From the NCBI GenBank assembly GCA_000165425.1, contig CT868653.1:1-64000 (forward strand): a stretch of DNA of 64,000 nt, given 5' to 3'. Shown piece after piece: positions 39,532-51,849 of the stretch. A model generated the notes under the pieces. The model saw only the letters and a program-made list of their open reading frames with translations. It had not been told where the DNA came from and searched no databases. Position 1 is the first letter of the stretch. Each line of letters begins with the position of its first letter. A program made the position numbers and the translations under genes. The DNA is from Paramecium tetraurelia. Lineage: Eukaryota.

Positions 39532-41300
39532 ATGGAGAATGATAAATAATCTTAATTCGAAGATCACATATTATAGAGATTCACACTTCTGGAATTCAAG
39601 GGCAAAGGTGCATATGGAGTAGTATGGAAAGCACATGATAAATAAACTAAATCAATTGTTGCTTTAAAAAAAGTGTTTAAATAATGTAATCGCTTAGGTA
39701 TTTGATGCATTTCACAATAAAACTGACTCTTAAAGAACATTCAGAGAAGTAATCTTTTTGGAACAAGTATCAAAAAATGCGAATATCATTAAATTACTTC
39801 AAGTGATAAAAGCATAAAATAATAAGGACTTGTACATGGTCTTTGAATACATGGAAACTGACTTGCATAAAGTAAATGGAGTAAATATAGCTAGGCTATC
39901 AGGGCGAATATATTAGAACCAATCCATAAAAAATTTGTCGTCTACTAATTATTAAAGGCAATTAAATTCTTGCATTCTGGAGACATTATCCACAGAGATC
40001 TAAAACCTGCAAATCTATTGATCAATGCTGATTGCATAGTAAAACTGGCAGACTTTGGATTGGCGAGAACAGTGAATTCTTCTAGTGAAGATGATGGTAA
40101 ATATAAAATTAGAATTTTACTAGTTCCCATATTAACCGAATATGTGGCTACTAGATGGTATAGAGCACCAGAAATACTTTTAGGTTCATAGAAATACTCA
40201 AAAGCTGTTGACATGTGGAGTATAGGTTGTATATTGGGAGAAATGATAATGGGTAAGGCAATATTTCCAGGAACTTCAACAATGAATCAAGTTGAAATGA
40301 TACTCGAAATTTTGGGTACTCCAACAGAAGAAGACATCAAATCGATAGCAGCACCTTTGGCAAAGCATGTCTTAGATAGCTTTTAATATGTGAAACCTAA
40401 AAATTTCAAGACTGTATTTAGTTAAGAAAGCGAGGACACCTTAAGTTTCCTTAAACATTTGCTAGTCTTTAATCCTCAAAAAAGGTTGACTGTAGAATAA
40501 GCATTAGCTCATCCCTATATGGCAGAGTTTGCCGGTTCGGAGGAAGAAACAGTGATAGGTAAATTGCTTAAGTAATATTATACTAGATTTCCCTGTCCAA
40601 ACATTTATGGATGACAATGTCTAATATAGCATAGAAGAATATATGACGGCACTTTATTAGCATATTAATTAAAAGACGCAATAAATTCAACATTAAAATT
40701 GGTTTAGTTCTCATCAATCTCCAACAAATGCCAGCAAACCTTCGAGTACTATTTAGTAATCGACTACTCCTACTAGTGTTTAAGATAAAAGGAAGAAGAA
40801 GGTGGATTCCATAGAGGGTTCAAATAACAATTCAGAAAACAAATAGATCATTAGGTAGGAAGTCAAGAAAAAGTTAAGTGAGGACAATCAAAATTAGAAG
40901 ATGAGTGCTCTCGAAAAGTTTAAATCAATTGAGAATATGATTAAAATGTAAAAGGCCAAATTGGGAACAAGCAATGGCTAAATAACGGTTTAAACTAGTT
41001 CTAAATTGTAATATGGCAATAAATCAGTCAATATAACAAGGGCTGATAGTTAAAAAAAGAAGGAAGCCTCTTGTGTATGTTTTTTGATTGATTTTATAGG
41101 AAATCTTGATTCCAAGTCCAGCTGCGAAGTCGAAGATTTAAAAAATTGTTAGTTAAAATACGTTTAAAGATCCACAAAAAGTGTCAACTATTAAGTCTCA
41201 ATCAAAATTACCGAAACATGAAAGTCAACATGATAAATTCTTGAACAAGAAAACTTATTTATAATATATTTTGAGTGGGAAAGCTAAACTGTAAAAATGA
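39532..41300 (+). CDS. MAPK15: MAP kinase, ERK7/MAPK15 subfamily (TEY)
   Basis: [56 protein letters not shown]. Confidence 0.93.
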
Positions 41301-41392
41301 TTTTATAATTTTCATTTTATGATAATGGTTATTTTATTTGTAATTATTTTTGGAGTTTATTTATTTAGATTTAAGTTAAATAATTTTAATAT

Positions 41393-42421
41393 ATGATAGC
41401 TTCAAATTCTTCAAGGTAATAGAGAATTAACTGATTTAGGCTAATAAGTCCCCAATAAAAATTTTAATTAAAATACACCAAGAGTATCTCCAAAGAAACA
41501 AAATATCGGCTTAGAACAGCCAGACATAATTAAATAGAAAGATTTATTTTATAAAAACATCACCCGGATGAAATTAAAAAATGTAGCACAAGTTGTCATT
41601 GTGATTTTTGTGGAAAAATGAGTGCGTTTTAAATCAAGGTTTGGAGATAAATACCTCAATATGAATCTGTGTAAAATCAAAAATTCAATTGATTGATTAT
41701 AGTTTTTCTAGACGAAAAAGAGTTTTCAAACGTTTAAGAATAGCAGGCTATGCTGTGTAGTTCTTGGTTTTCTACAGGACTGAATAGATAAAAAGATAAA
41801 ACAGATAAAGGCAAATGTAATAATTCCTTAGAAATCCTTTGATATCTACTAAAAGGGGCGCACTGGTAGTTCAATCAGCCAAATCTAACCGATCTCCAAA
41901 ATCTCCTACACCTTCAGAAAATAAAATCAGGTTAGACTCAATATTTATTTGGTAGAAGAAATGCCACAGATTACTTTGAAATCGATTCTATCAAAGAAAA
42001 AATGTCATTCAATGACCACTGCAGTACTTTAATAGTGTGTTAAAATCAAAGTATAAAAAAGAGACAAGTCTCTTTGTACATGGAAGAGATGTTGAAAAAT
42101 ATTACTACAAAATAGAGTATTGCTATGAGTCTTACTCCTCTCTCAATAATTGTACTATGTTTTAATATGTTTTCATAGGATAAAAAACTAAAGAAGAACA
42201 AATCAATTCCTTGTATAACAGAATAAATTTCTCCAAAATATAGTCTAGACAATCTATAGCTTGAAAAGTTATTGACTCCTTTGAATCTTCTACAAAGGGG
42301 TAAAAGAAATCAATCTAATATACATATATTTCATAATGAATATTCAAATAACAACAAAGAAGTTATAAAAATGATTGATAATCTTAAGATAAAGCACAGA
42401 AAATTAAAAAGAAAAAATTGA
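41393..42421 (+). CDS. Hypothetical basic protein
   Basis: Code-6 ORF with tiny introns; CxCDFCG and RRKRVFKRLRIAGYAVQFLVFY segments; internal exon boundaries uncertain. Confidence 0.6.
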
Positions 42422-42442
42422 TTTTATACTCTTTCTTGTTAA

Positions 42443-43183
42443 TCATTTTAAATTTTTAATTTCAGACACAAGATCAAATTCTCCATTCAGTAATTTACTT
42501 CTGAATTCTGCATTTCTATCAATCAATTTAACGACTGATTTAACTCTATCCATATACTCCTAAACAGATGATTTGTGAAGATCAAATATTGCTTATTCTA
42601 TTTTTTTTGACCATTCCCCCTCCTCTTTTTGTGTCTACTAATAGAAATATTTCTTCAATCCTTCAACAGCCTTTTTTCTTTTTTCTTCATCAACAGGTTC
42701 ACCCTTCCCATTTTAACTATCATTATTTTATAACTTGGTATGATGTGAATTTCCATTTTTATGCTAAATTGGTTTGATCTCTTTTTTCTCTTATTCTTAT
42801 CTCACTTTCTTTTAGATTATAGGTTCTTCAACTTTCGATGGTTTTTATTTTTACACAATTCTTTACAACTCCTTCTTGGGCTCTTCTTTTTTGATATGAT
42901 CTGTGGCGGCTTAATCATTTGTTAAAATAAGTTATTTCCATTATTTCACTAACTTCCTACAAATTTTGATGGCCTTGGCATATTTCTCCTCATCGTCTTC
43001 TGTATATTTTTTCTGTCCTATACGTACAATGCTTTTTGTTATCTCACTATCAATTAATGCTTGGGTTTCAATATTGCCCTTATAAATTTAAGCTATTAAT
43101 TTATAAGATTTGGAAATCGGGGTTGAAGAGAATTTCTTGAGTTCCTATTTAATTTCAGATAACTATTGTGCATTTAGCTCCAT
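42443..43183 (-). CDS. TFIIS-like protein with domains I and II but no C-terminal zinc ribbon (246 aa)
   Basis: N-terminal LW-type segment AIKICRKLVKQWKQLI; central DEEKRKKAVEGL..IEQAIFDLH..YMDRVKSVV..NAEFRSKLLNGEF; TGA follows within about 10 codons. Confidence 0.72.
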
Positions 43184-43254
43184 TTAATTAAATATTTATT
43201 TGATTTCGTTGTAACAAAATAAGTATAAATATACGTGTTATTATATTAATTTTT

Positions 43255-43576
43255 ATGAGCAAAAACAACAACATTCTCTAAAAGAATTTGGAAGAAGAAA
43301 ACATTTTAAAATAGGATGAGCTATTCGAGAAAGTACAACAATTGAAACATGTATCCTTAAACATCCAAACCTATCTCAAGAATGAGAAGCCTTCTCTAGA
43401 TAAGCTGAATAATGATTATGATAAATCTATCGATATGGTAAAAAAATCAATAAGTGGAATTGGCAGTATCAATAATTACTAATATTCTAGAATTATTAAA
43501 ATCATCATTTGGATAGAACACTTGCTTTCTGATTTGTGTTGTTTTTATGGCGATATTCATACTTTATTTATTGTGA
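43255..43576 (+). CDS. BET1: Bet1-like Qc-SNARE
   Basis: LEEENILKQDELFEKVQQLKHVSLNI SNARE heptads plus C-terminal TM; one intron. Confidence 0.72.
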
Positions 43577-43784
43577 ATTAATAAGTTGATATTATTATAT
43601 TAATAAATGATTAACATACTTTTTTGGTGTTATTTTAATTAATCTTTCCATTTTCATAAGCTATTTGAAAGAATAATATATACAATATATATACTAAAGA
43701 ATAGTTGATTGTGAGAATTAATTAAAGCATCCATCTAAAATATAAAATTTATGAATCCTTTATATAAAAATCATAAATAAATAA

Positions 43785-44503
43785 ATGTTTAAATTAATCC
43801 AAAGAGCTTGCTTCAGATACGCAGTGGCTAGCGGCAAGGCTGAGGCTGAAATCAAATCAGTAGCAGGTATTAAGCATTGAAAGGTCTAGGACATAAACCA
43901 CCCTCTTTCGAAGATACCGTCTAAGGAAAATATGCTGGAGTGCTTTTCTCTACTGCATCTTAAAGGGAAGCTCTTCATTTGGTACTTTAAGATATGAAGT
44001 ACTTCAAAGAGTTGGCTGAAAAGAGTCCAGTATTTGCAGGCTTCTTATTAAACTCTGCATATAAGAGAAATCAATAAAGAAATGTTATATAAGCATTAAC
44101 AAAAGTAAAGCGATTTTGATATAAGTGTAGGAAGGATTTCACGAGGTCACAGTAAATTTGTTAAATACTATGATTGATAGTCAAAGAATCTCATATTTGA
44201 GTAAGACTGCTGAGAAATATATCGAATATTATAGAATCTTTAACAAAGAAGAAAATATTACAATAATATCAGCAGAATCATTATCTGAAGAATAAAGGTA
44301 TTCTAGTTTGCAAATGATGTAGAGCCCAAGTTGTTGGAGCCTTGAAGGAATCTAGTCCTAATGTTCAATTCTCTGTATAATATAAAGTGGACCCATCCAT
44401 TTTGGGAGGTTTGTAAATGTATTCTGGCAACAAATTCTTGGATTGCTCATTGTTGTCAAGAGTGAATAAATTGAGATCAGAGTTGTAGAAGTTGAGCATT
44501 TGA
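43785..44503 (+). CDS. ATP5PO: Mitochondrial ATP synthase OSCP subunit
   Basis: QGKYAGVLFSTAS, ITIISAESLS, YKVDPSILGGLQM, FLDCSL. Confidence 0.93.
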
Positions 44504-44548
44504 TTAAGAATAAGCAATAAAATAATAATTATATTATTAATCTAAAAT

Positions 44549-46312
44549 ATGGACAGTCTAAAGGATCCCGCGAATGACAGATATGTAAAAACACTGAAGC
44601 CACCTCCTCATCGTCCACTGGCTAAAAATTTGATGTTTCCTGATAAATTGAAGAGTATGACAATTAAGTAAATGATTAGATAAACCTGATTGGAAGTTAT
44701 TGAAAGATCATCTTCAAAAGGAGGGAAGAGTTGCAAAAGAGGAATTATTCAAATTGGTAGCAGATTGCAATAAATTATTGAGTAAATTGATGAAATGATT
44801 ATTAGAAAATGAAGGAAATGTAATTTATTTGTAAGATCCACTTACTGTTGTTGGTGATATTCATGGGTATTTATAATATTAAATGAAGTCAATATTATGA
44901 TTTGTTAAAATTACTTGAACCAAAGGTTGGAGGAAACCCTGAAACAACGAAGTAAAAGAATATTACCAAAAATTTAGATATTTATTTCTCGGAGATTTCG
45001 TTGACAGAGGATCATATTCAATCGAAGTAGTGATTTTACTTTATGCAATAAAAATAAATTATCCAAATACTGTATACTTTTTACGTGGAAATCATGAATG
45101 CAGATAACTGACTGCTTTTTTCAATTTCAAAGATGAATGTACATTTAATGTAAGCTTTAGGTTTGTATAAATATGATTAAGAAACTTATGAGATGCTTAT
45201 GGATTCTTTTGATTTGTTTCCTTTATCATGCATAATAAATTCAAAATTCATAGCTGTTCATGGTGGTATATCACCTGATTTAAAATCTGTAACTCATTTT
45301 ACCAACCTAAAAGATAGAAGACTTAAAAAAATTGGACAGATATCATGAACCACCAAGAAGTGGTTTATTTTGTGATATTCTGTGGAGTGATCCTGTTGAT
45401 TAAGATTAAGGCAATTTGGATGGACAATGGAAAGGAAACGAAGTCAGAGGATGTAGTTGGTTTTTTGGAAATGAAGCAAGCAATAAATTTCTATAAAGAA
45501 ACAATCTAATAAGTATTATAAGAGCTCATGAGGTTCAATATAATATTAAAATCATAGGCTCAACTTGATGGCTACAAGATGCACAGATGGAATGGAGGCC
45601 AGGATTTCCCAGTTGTTATTACAATATTTAGTGCTCCAAATTATTGTGATGTTTATAATAATAGAGGTGCTGTTATTAAATTTGAAGTAAATCCGATTTA
45701 TTAAATTTAGAATAATACTTTGAACATTCAACAATTTTAGTATACTCCTCACCCATATTTACTGCCAAATTTTATGGATATTTTTACTTGGTCCATTCCA
45801 TTTGTAGCTGAAAAAATCACAGAAATGTTATATAATTTAATTTAAGCAGGAGATTAAGGAGATGATGATGAGGATATCAATCAAGAAGATATTGAACAAT
45901 TTAAAATATTAACCTAACAAAATAAATAATTCAATAAGCAACAATCTACTGGAAGCACAGGAAAAAGTATGTGTATTTTTAATACAAGGCACTGAGAAAT
46001 TAAAAAACAAATTGAAGTTTGTAGCAACAATGATGAAGATGTAAAAAACACTGAGAGAACAAAGTGAAAGCATTATGAAATTAAAAGGGGCATGTCCTGA
46101 TAAAAGATTACCTAAAGGAATATTATCAGCTGGTAAAACAGCAATTACTGATGGTATCAAATGTGGTTCTATCTTTTTAAGCTCTTGCTGATTTTAATAT
46201 TGCAAAAACTGCTGACATAGTTAATGAGAAAATGCCTTCGCAAGCTTAAGTTCCTCAACAATCTGTATCAATAAAGAAACCGAGTAATACTGTCCAAAAT
46301 AAAAAGAAATGA
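44549..46312 (+). CDS. CNA: Calcineurin catalytic subunit A (PP2B)
   Basis: [57 protein letters not shown], CaM-binding helix, autoinhibitory NEKMP; about 10 tiny introns. Confidence 0.97.
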
Positions 46313-46391
46313 GATGGTTTTCTGGTAAATATATATAAAATATACAAATATTCATTGTTTATACCAAATATTTTTAATTAATAAAATTATA

Positions 46392-48320
46392 ATGTAAGAC
46401 AAATAAATTATTCAGCTTTTTGAAAAATACTCTAAGCTTAATGATCCAAAATTAGTGTTCTAGACAAGTGAATAAATTTTAGAAAGAGTAAAAGAAGATG
46501 ATATAACCTTTGTATTATCAAAAATTATGAATTGTTTGCAATCAACAGATTTTGACACTACAATCAATTATGCCTTACTATTAAAACAACTAATTTAGAA
46601 GTATTCATCTAAACATCAAAAATTACAACCCAAAGCTATTTTCGATAATTTACAATAAACTTTAAGCAAAAAGAACTCATATGGTAAAAGTGAGTTTAAA
46701 CATTTCATGCTGACCAAATATTTGGTCTATTCGTACTTAGATTTTTAGAACCTTTTAAATATTACACTTGAAGATCGAAAAACTGAAGATTCAGAATACT
46801 TAACCTATGTCCTATTGAAGCAGCTGTATTATTTATCGATTATCTAGTAAACCTGAAAATGTGAAGTAAGTTAGCAATGCAATAAAAAATGACCTCTAAA
46901 ATTTAACACCAAGGGTTTTTTGTATTTTAGTTAAGCTCCAATAGCTCAGTCAAAAAGGATAGTTCTAATGGGATAAATATCTTCAAGAATAGGTATTTGA
47001 CAGACAGAAGTTCCACAAGCTTTTAGAATAAGCAAATGACCAATTCCCAAAGAAACAACTCTTCTATTAATACTTAGCCATATAAATGGGGAAGGTTAGA
47101 TATCTCATTTATAATTATAGTTTAGTCAATCATAAGATAACTAAAAAATATATACTGAGTTCTGGGAATACCTATTCTAATAAGAGGACTTAAGAAAATT
47201 AAACTATATCATTTTATCAATTTTTAAACATTTCCTAAAATCAACTACTGTCCCACTTTCTCTAATTAGAAATTAATAATTGGTTGAATTATGGTACAGG
47301 TAATTTGGAAATTCTAATTCTGTTATGAAAAGATTAGCAAATAAGATTGAATAATACTTGACTTAAAGAGATATTTCCTTTGAAGATATCGTTTACCTGA
47401 GAAATATCTATGGGTATAGAATTCATCCAAAAAATGGCATTGCATAAAAAATATTGGCAAAGTTCACAGAAGATGAAATAGATCAATACTTTGAGAATAT
47501 GAAATAATAAGAACAATCTTCTACCGATCCAATCAATAAACTCTATTACTTAAATGAAATCTATGTTCTTGCTACTGTAGCTAACACAAACGTTAAAGTC
47601 TTAACATCTATGATAAAATATATTTATGAAATCGGCTGCATAAACTTTGAATAGATTTATGAGCAATTAGATGAAGAATCTAAGGAAGCCTACCAGTTTG
47701 AAGAGATTAAGAAAAAGTTTTTAGATTAATGTCAGAGTTTCTTTTACTCACTTGTTGGAAAAGTAGCTGCTGTAAATATTTTATATGATAATTAGAATGT
47801 GTAAGAATTTGATGAATTAACAAAGTCCTTATTGAAATAACTTAAAAAATCGGATTTAAGTAAATAGTATAAATTGATTACTGGCAAATAACCTAAAGAA
47901 TGTATCAAACATCTAGTCAATACAATCCTTATGTTTTCATTTCTCAATTAAGAAGAAGGATTATAAATCTTGGAAGAGTTTCAACATATTGCAGGCGATA
48001 TTTAAGAGGAGGAACCTCAAACTAAAAAAAAAGTAAAGACTAATCCAGAGAAGGCAAAAGTTGTCTTAACTGAAGTATTTATTTAATTGTTAACAAAATC
48101 CCCATGTATTTTATGTAATCTATATAATATAGAATTCTTGAGAGATGCTGTTAATTAGTGCTGCAAATCACTTGAGTTTACAACAGAATGCTTAGAAATT
48201 CTATTGGATGTTTTATTGAAGGAAGATCATGAATATATTGCTGAGATGCAACAATAAGAATTAGATGATGAGGAAGGTGGAGATGAAAGCTTAGAAGAAG
48301 AAGAAGAGGAAAATTAATGA
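46392..48320 (+). CDS. Armadillo-like protein, probable Pol5/MYBBP1A homolog (short form)
   Basis: C-terminal VVLTEVFIQLLTKS..FLRDAVNQCCKSLEFTTECLEILLDVL followed by an acidic tract, as in Pol5/MYBBP1A. Confidence 0.55.
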
Positions 48321-48631
48321 TGTTCATATATTAGTTGTTTGTACAATAATTATACAATACATTTAATTGATTTAGTCAAATAAGCAATAAGACTTTTCAA
48401 ATTTATACTAATATTTTTAATTTTTGAGTATATTTTTATACTAAAAGGGATTATTTAATTTCTTAAAGAAAATAAATAAATCAGAGAGGAAGATTAAGAA
48501 TCTTAGTTTTGTAAATTAATTATGAATGAAATCGAAAATATTATCAGCACTTTCAAATGAGGAGAAGAATTAGAAAAGATTGATAAAATAGTTAATGACA
48601 AATGAAATAAAATTTTACAATACATTCATTG

Positions 48632-50637
48632 TCAATTGGTTTATTAGTACTTTGCTTATAAATCTCTTTTCAATAGAATTGTTTTAAATAAATCGCCCCA
48701 TAATTTAATTAATTCTTTTTTTTTATTAATTTTGTTCTTTTCAGCTATTTCAATTTTGTATTATTCATAAAGTGCAATAATTTTATCATAATCTTCATTG
48801 AGTATCAAATAGCCACATTTTTAAGCAAACATTCTTCCGTTCTAGGAATCAAATCCATCAACAGCTTCAATAAATTTGATATTATTTTTAGCCAACAAAT
48901 GCTTGATTCCTTGCATTCTAACAAGTCTAGTACCTTTTGGAGGTGGAAAAGAAAACGTCTAATGATTTATCATTGTATTATACTTCGTAATTTCCATAAG
49001 CATTAGATGGTAAGTTTCCACCATTTTCTTCCAAGGATACTTTAATATCATTGGTCTACCAAATGGCATATAGAGCAGTGGTCTTAGTCTTATCAAATTT
49101 CTAGCTGACTTCTTTGATAGGTTATACATCTAGTTTAACTTCTCTTAAATATTCTCTCCATTTATCTCTGGAATGAAGAATGATGGCATCACTTTGTAAA
49201 TAAATATCTTCATCCTTGAATTTGATTCCAATAGGTTTGGCATCTGGATGTATCATCTAATATTATGAAAGCTATGATGCCAGAGCATAGTATTAACTAT
49301 ATTTAAATTCCTTCTCATTTGTATAATCTTATGGTGCTGGTATTATAACATTTGCACTAACTGGTTCATTAACTAATTATTACAGTCCTTTGTAGATTAA
49401 TTCTAAAATAAATTATTCAAATACTTGCATTGTAAGCTAATTGATTGAACCATCTTTCAAGAGACAATTGGCATCTTTGAATTTAATAATAGTGTGAATA
49501 TTTTTATGTTACATCAACAAAATGAGTATTATCGAATAACCTATTTAAACGAAAATTGGGATCCTTAAATGTCAAGTCTTGAGCAGCAATAATAAAATGA
49601 CTGAAGCTATTTTATAGTTTGGTTTTCAGAATATTGATATCCAATAATACAAGCTTATCTGATATAGGATCGAATGGAATCCATGAGTTCTAATTAGAAT
49701 CATAAAATTCAACCCAAATATTCTAATTATAAGTTTGAATATCCTAATTAATCTATCTTTCATTTGGTTATTTTTTATTATCCTTCTTTTTTGGTTTTTT
49801 TAATTCCTACTAGATATCCATTAAACTTCTACTCTCATTCTATTATTATTTTCTTTGGAATTCTTGTGATACTTTTAATCCTTTATCTTTTTAGTTAGGT
49901 TTTTAATAAATAAATTAATTCAAAGACTCAACCTTTTCTGATTAAGTCATGAATTATGAATTTAAATCAAAAATAGTTTTCGTATTTTATTCGACCTCCT
50001 CATTCTCTTATTCATTTTTCTTTATTGTGCGAATCTTAAATTTTAATTCTAAACCCAAAAATCCTATATCAAATGCTCTTACCAACCTGACATTCAATCC
50101 ATAGTACTTACATAATTAACCAAAAGTTATGATATACTCTTATGGACTCAAATGAGTGATTTTGAATTCTTTGAAGAATTGAGTTTTTAATGAATAAGTT
50201 AAAGCAAATCCTTAGTAGAGTGCGAACACTTTCTCTTATAGAGTTTTGGCCTAATTTAGTTTCATTTCTATCATTTCAATATTTGAGAATGTGAAATTAG
50301 ACAACTTGAATGCAAATTCAGATAAATTGTTCATAGTTTTATGATCTTAAAACAACTTAAACAGCTGTATGATGATTGTTGTACGGATTTAATTAACTGG
50401 AACATAACTCTTCTTTTTAGGTTTTTAATCAATCTTTTTTTAATCTTTCCTTAAAATTTTTTCCTATAATTCAACTAAATCATCAGGCAATCCTTCTTCG
50501 ATTATTTCATAGTCTTCTTATTTATTTGGTACAATTTTTTTTAATTAATTTACTCTTTCAACAAAGTCATCTTCATCTTGTATAGATTCCTATGACATTT
50601 GCTCAGATTCTTGATTTACTTCAAAAGAATCGTCCAT
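48632..50637 (-). CDS. XPC: XPC/Rad4 nucleotide-excision-repair damage sensor
   Basis: IWVEFYD..WIPFDP, DVTQKY, LHSRDKWRE, LYAIWQT, PSNAYGNYE, EAVDGFD, LWGDLFKTILL. Confidence 0.88.
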
Positions 50638-50821
50638 TTATTAGTAAATTGTAAATTAATTATAATAAAATTTTGGCTCTTTTTTTTCAAAATGACAAGC
50701 ATCAAGAATATTAAATCTATAAGTTAAATAAAATAATATAATCCAAAACAAATATGAATTGTACTCAGAGAATCAAGTCAAGATTTTAACCAAATATTAT
50801 TTCCATAACTTAATTAATAAC

Positions 50822-51734
50822 ATGGGAAATAAACCATCAGTAAATTAAAGTAAATTTCAGAAACAATTGACAATTAATGATAAGCAATTTAAAAAAGACT
50901 AAAGCTAATCGAATGTTATTGCTCCTTACAGAGAGGGAACAACTTTAGCTGTGGAAAGTAAATTGAAGGTATATTTAAGAAATGCTAATGATGGTGAAGA
51001 CCTTGATGATGACAATCAAGGAGGAAGGAATAAATTATAATAATTTAAAGAAGACTAACATAATGTTGAAAATATTTAAAAGGAAATTATCCATTTAGAA
51101 GAAACAGTGTTTTCAAAAGAAAAATTATAAAGAGTTCGAGAAGACTTTGAATCCTATTCTAAAGAGAATAAAATGAGCAGAAAGAAGTTACTTGAATATT
51201 TTGGGATGGCAGAACTCGACAATAAAAGGTTAGGAAACAGGATTTTCTAATGTGTTAAATCAACTTTCTCCTAGAAAAAAACAGGGTATATAAAATAATA
51301 TAGTGTTATTTAGACCTTTTCTAGATTATGCTAAGTTTTTAAAGGCCATATCCATGCTATCTTAATAAAATGACGAAGGAAGATTGAGGTTTTTATACTC
51401 CATGTTTGATATGAATTTAGAAGGTAGTATAGAGAAAGATGAGATGTATAATTTAATGATGATGTTTCTAGAAGTAATTTAGGATATTATAATTTAGGGC
51501 ATGATGTCGATTAATTATGAAAATTAAGATTTGAACGATTTAAAGTAAAGAATAAGTGAATCACATGACAGGCAGATTGAACTTGCTCTAGAGGAAATTG
51601 TAAATGAAATTTACTAAAATCATGCATCCAAACAAAATGTATTAAGCTATGATGATTGGAGAAATTGGCTGATGGAATAGGAAGGAATTTAAGAAATTTT
51701 ACAATTTAATCCTCATACTGATTTTTAGGATTGA
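50822..51734 (+). CDS. Myristoylated EF-hand protein (NCS/calcineurin-B-like)
   Basis: MGNKPS N-terminus; LDYAKFLKAISML..RLRFLYSMFDMNLEGSIEKDEM; LSYDDW. Confidence 0.8.
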
Positions 51735-51849
51735 GTTATATTGATATTGAATTTTATTATGATTGTATATATGATTCAATCATAGAATTTGATATTCTAA
51801 AACGTTATTTTACAATAAAATCTATAAAACAAATTTAAACAAAATAATT

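Noticed and set aside
39945..40214. Antisense ORF over the MAPK (similar cases over calcineurin, OGDH, DPM1, VSR)
   Set aside because: Antisense shadows of conserved sense-strand genes
48558..48560. In-frame TGA as possible selenocysteine
   Set aside because: No redox motif context and no recognisable SECIS; decay is the simpler explanation
44549..51734. Calcineurin A near a calcineurin-B-like EF-hand gene as a functional cluster
   Set aside because: Separated by two unrelated genes; the EF-hand protein is not a canonical CNB, and such genes are abundant in Paramecium
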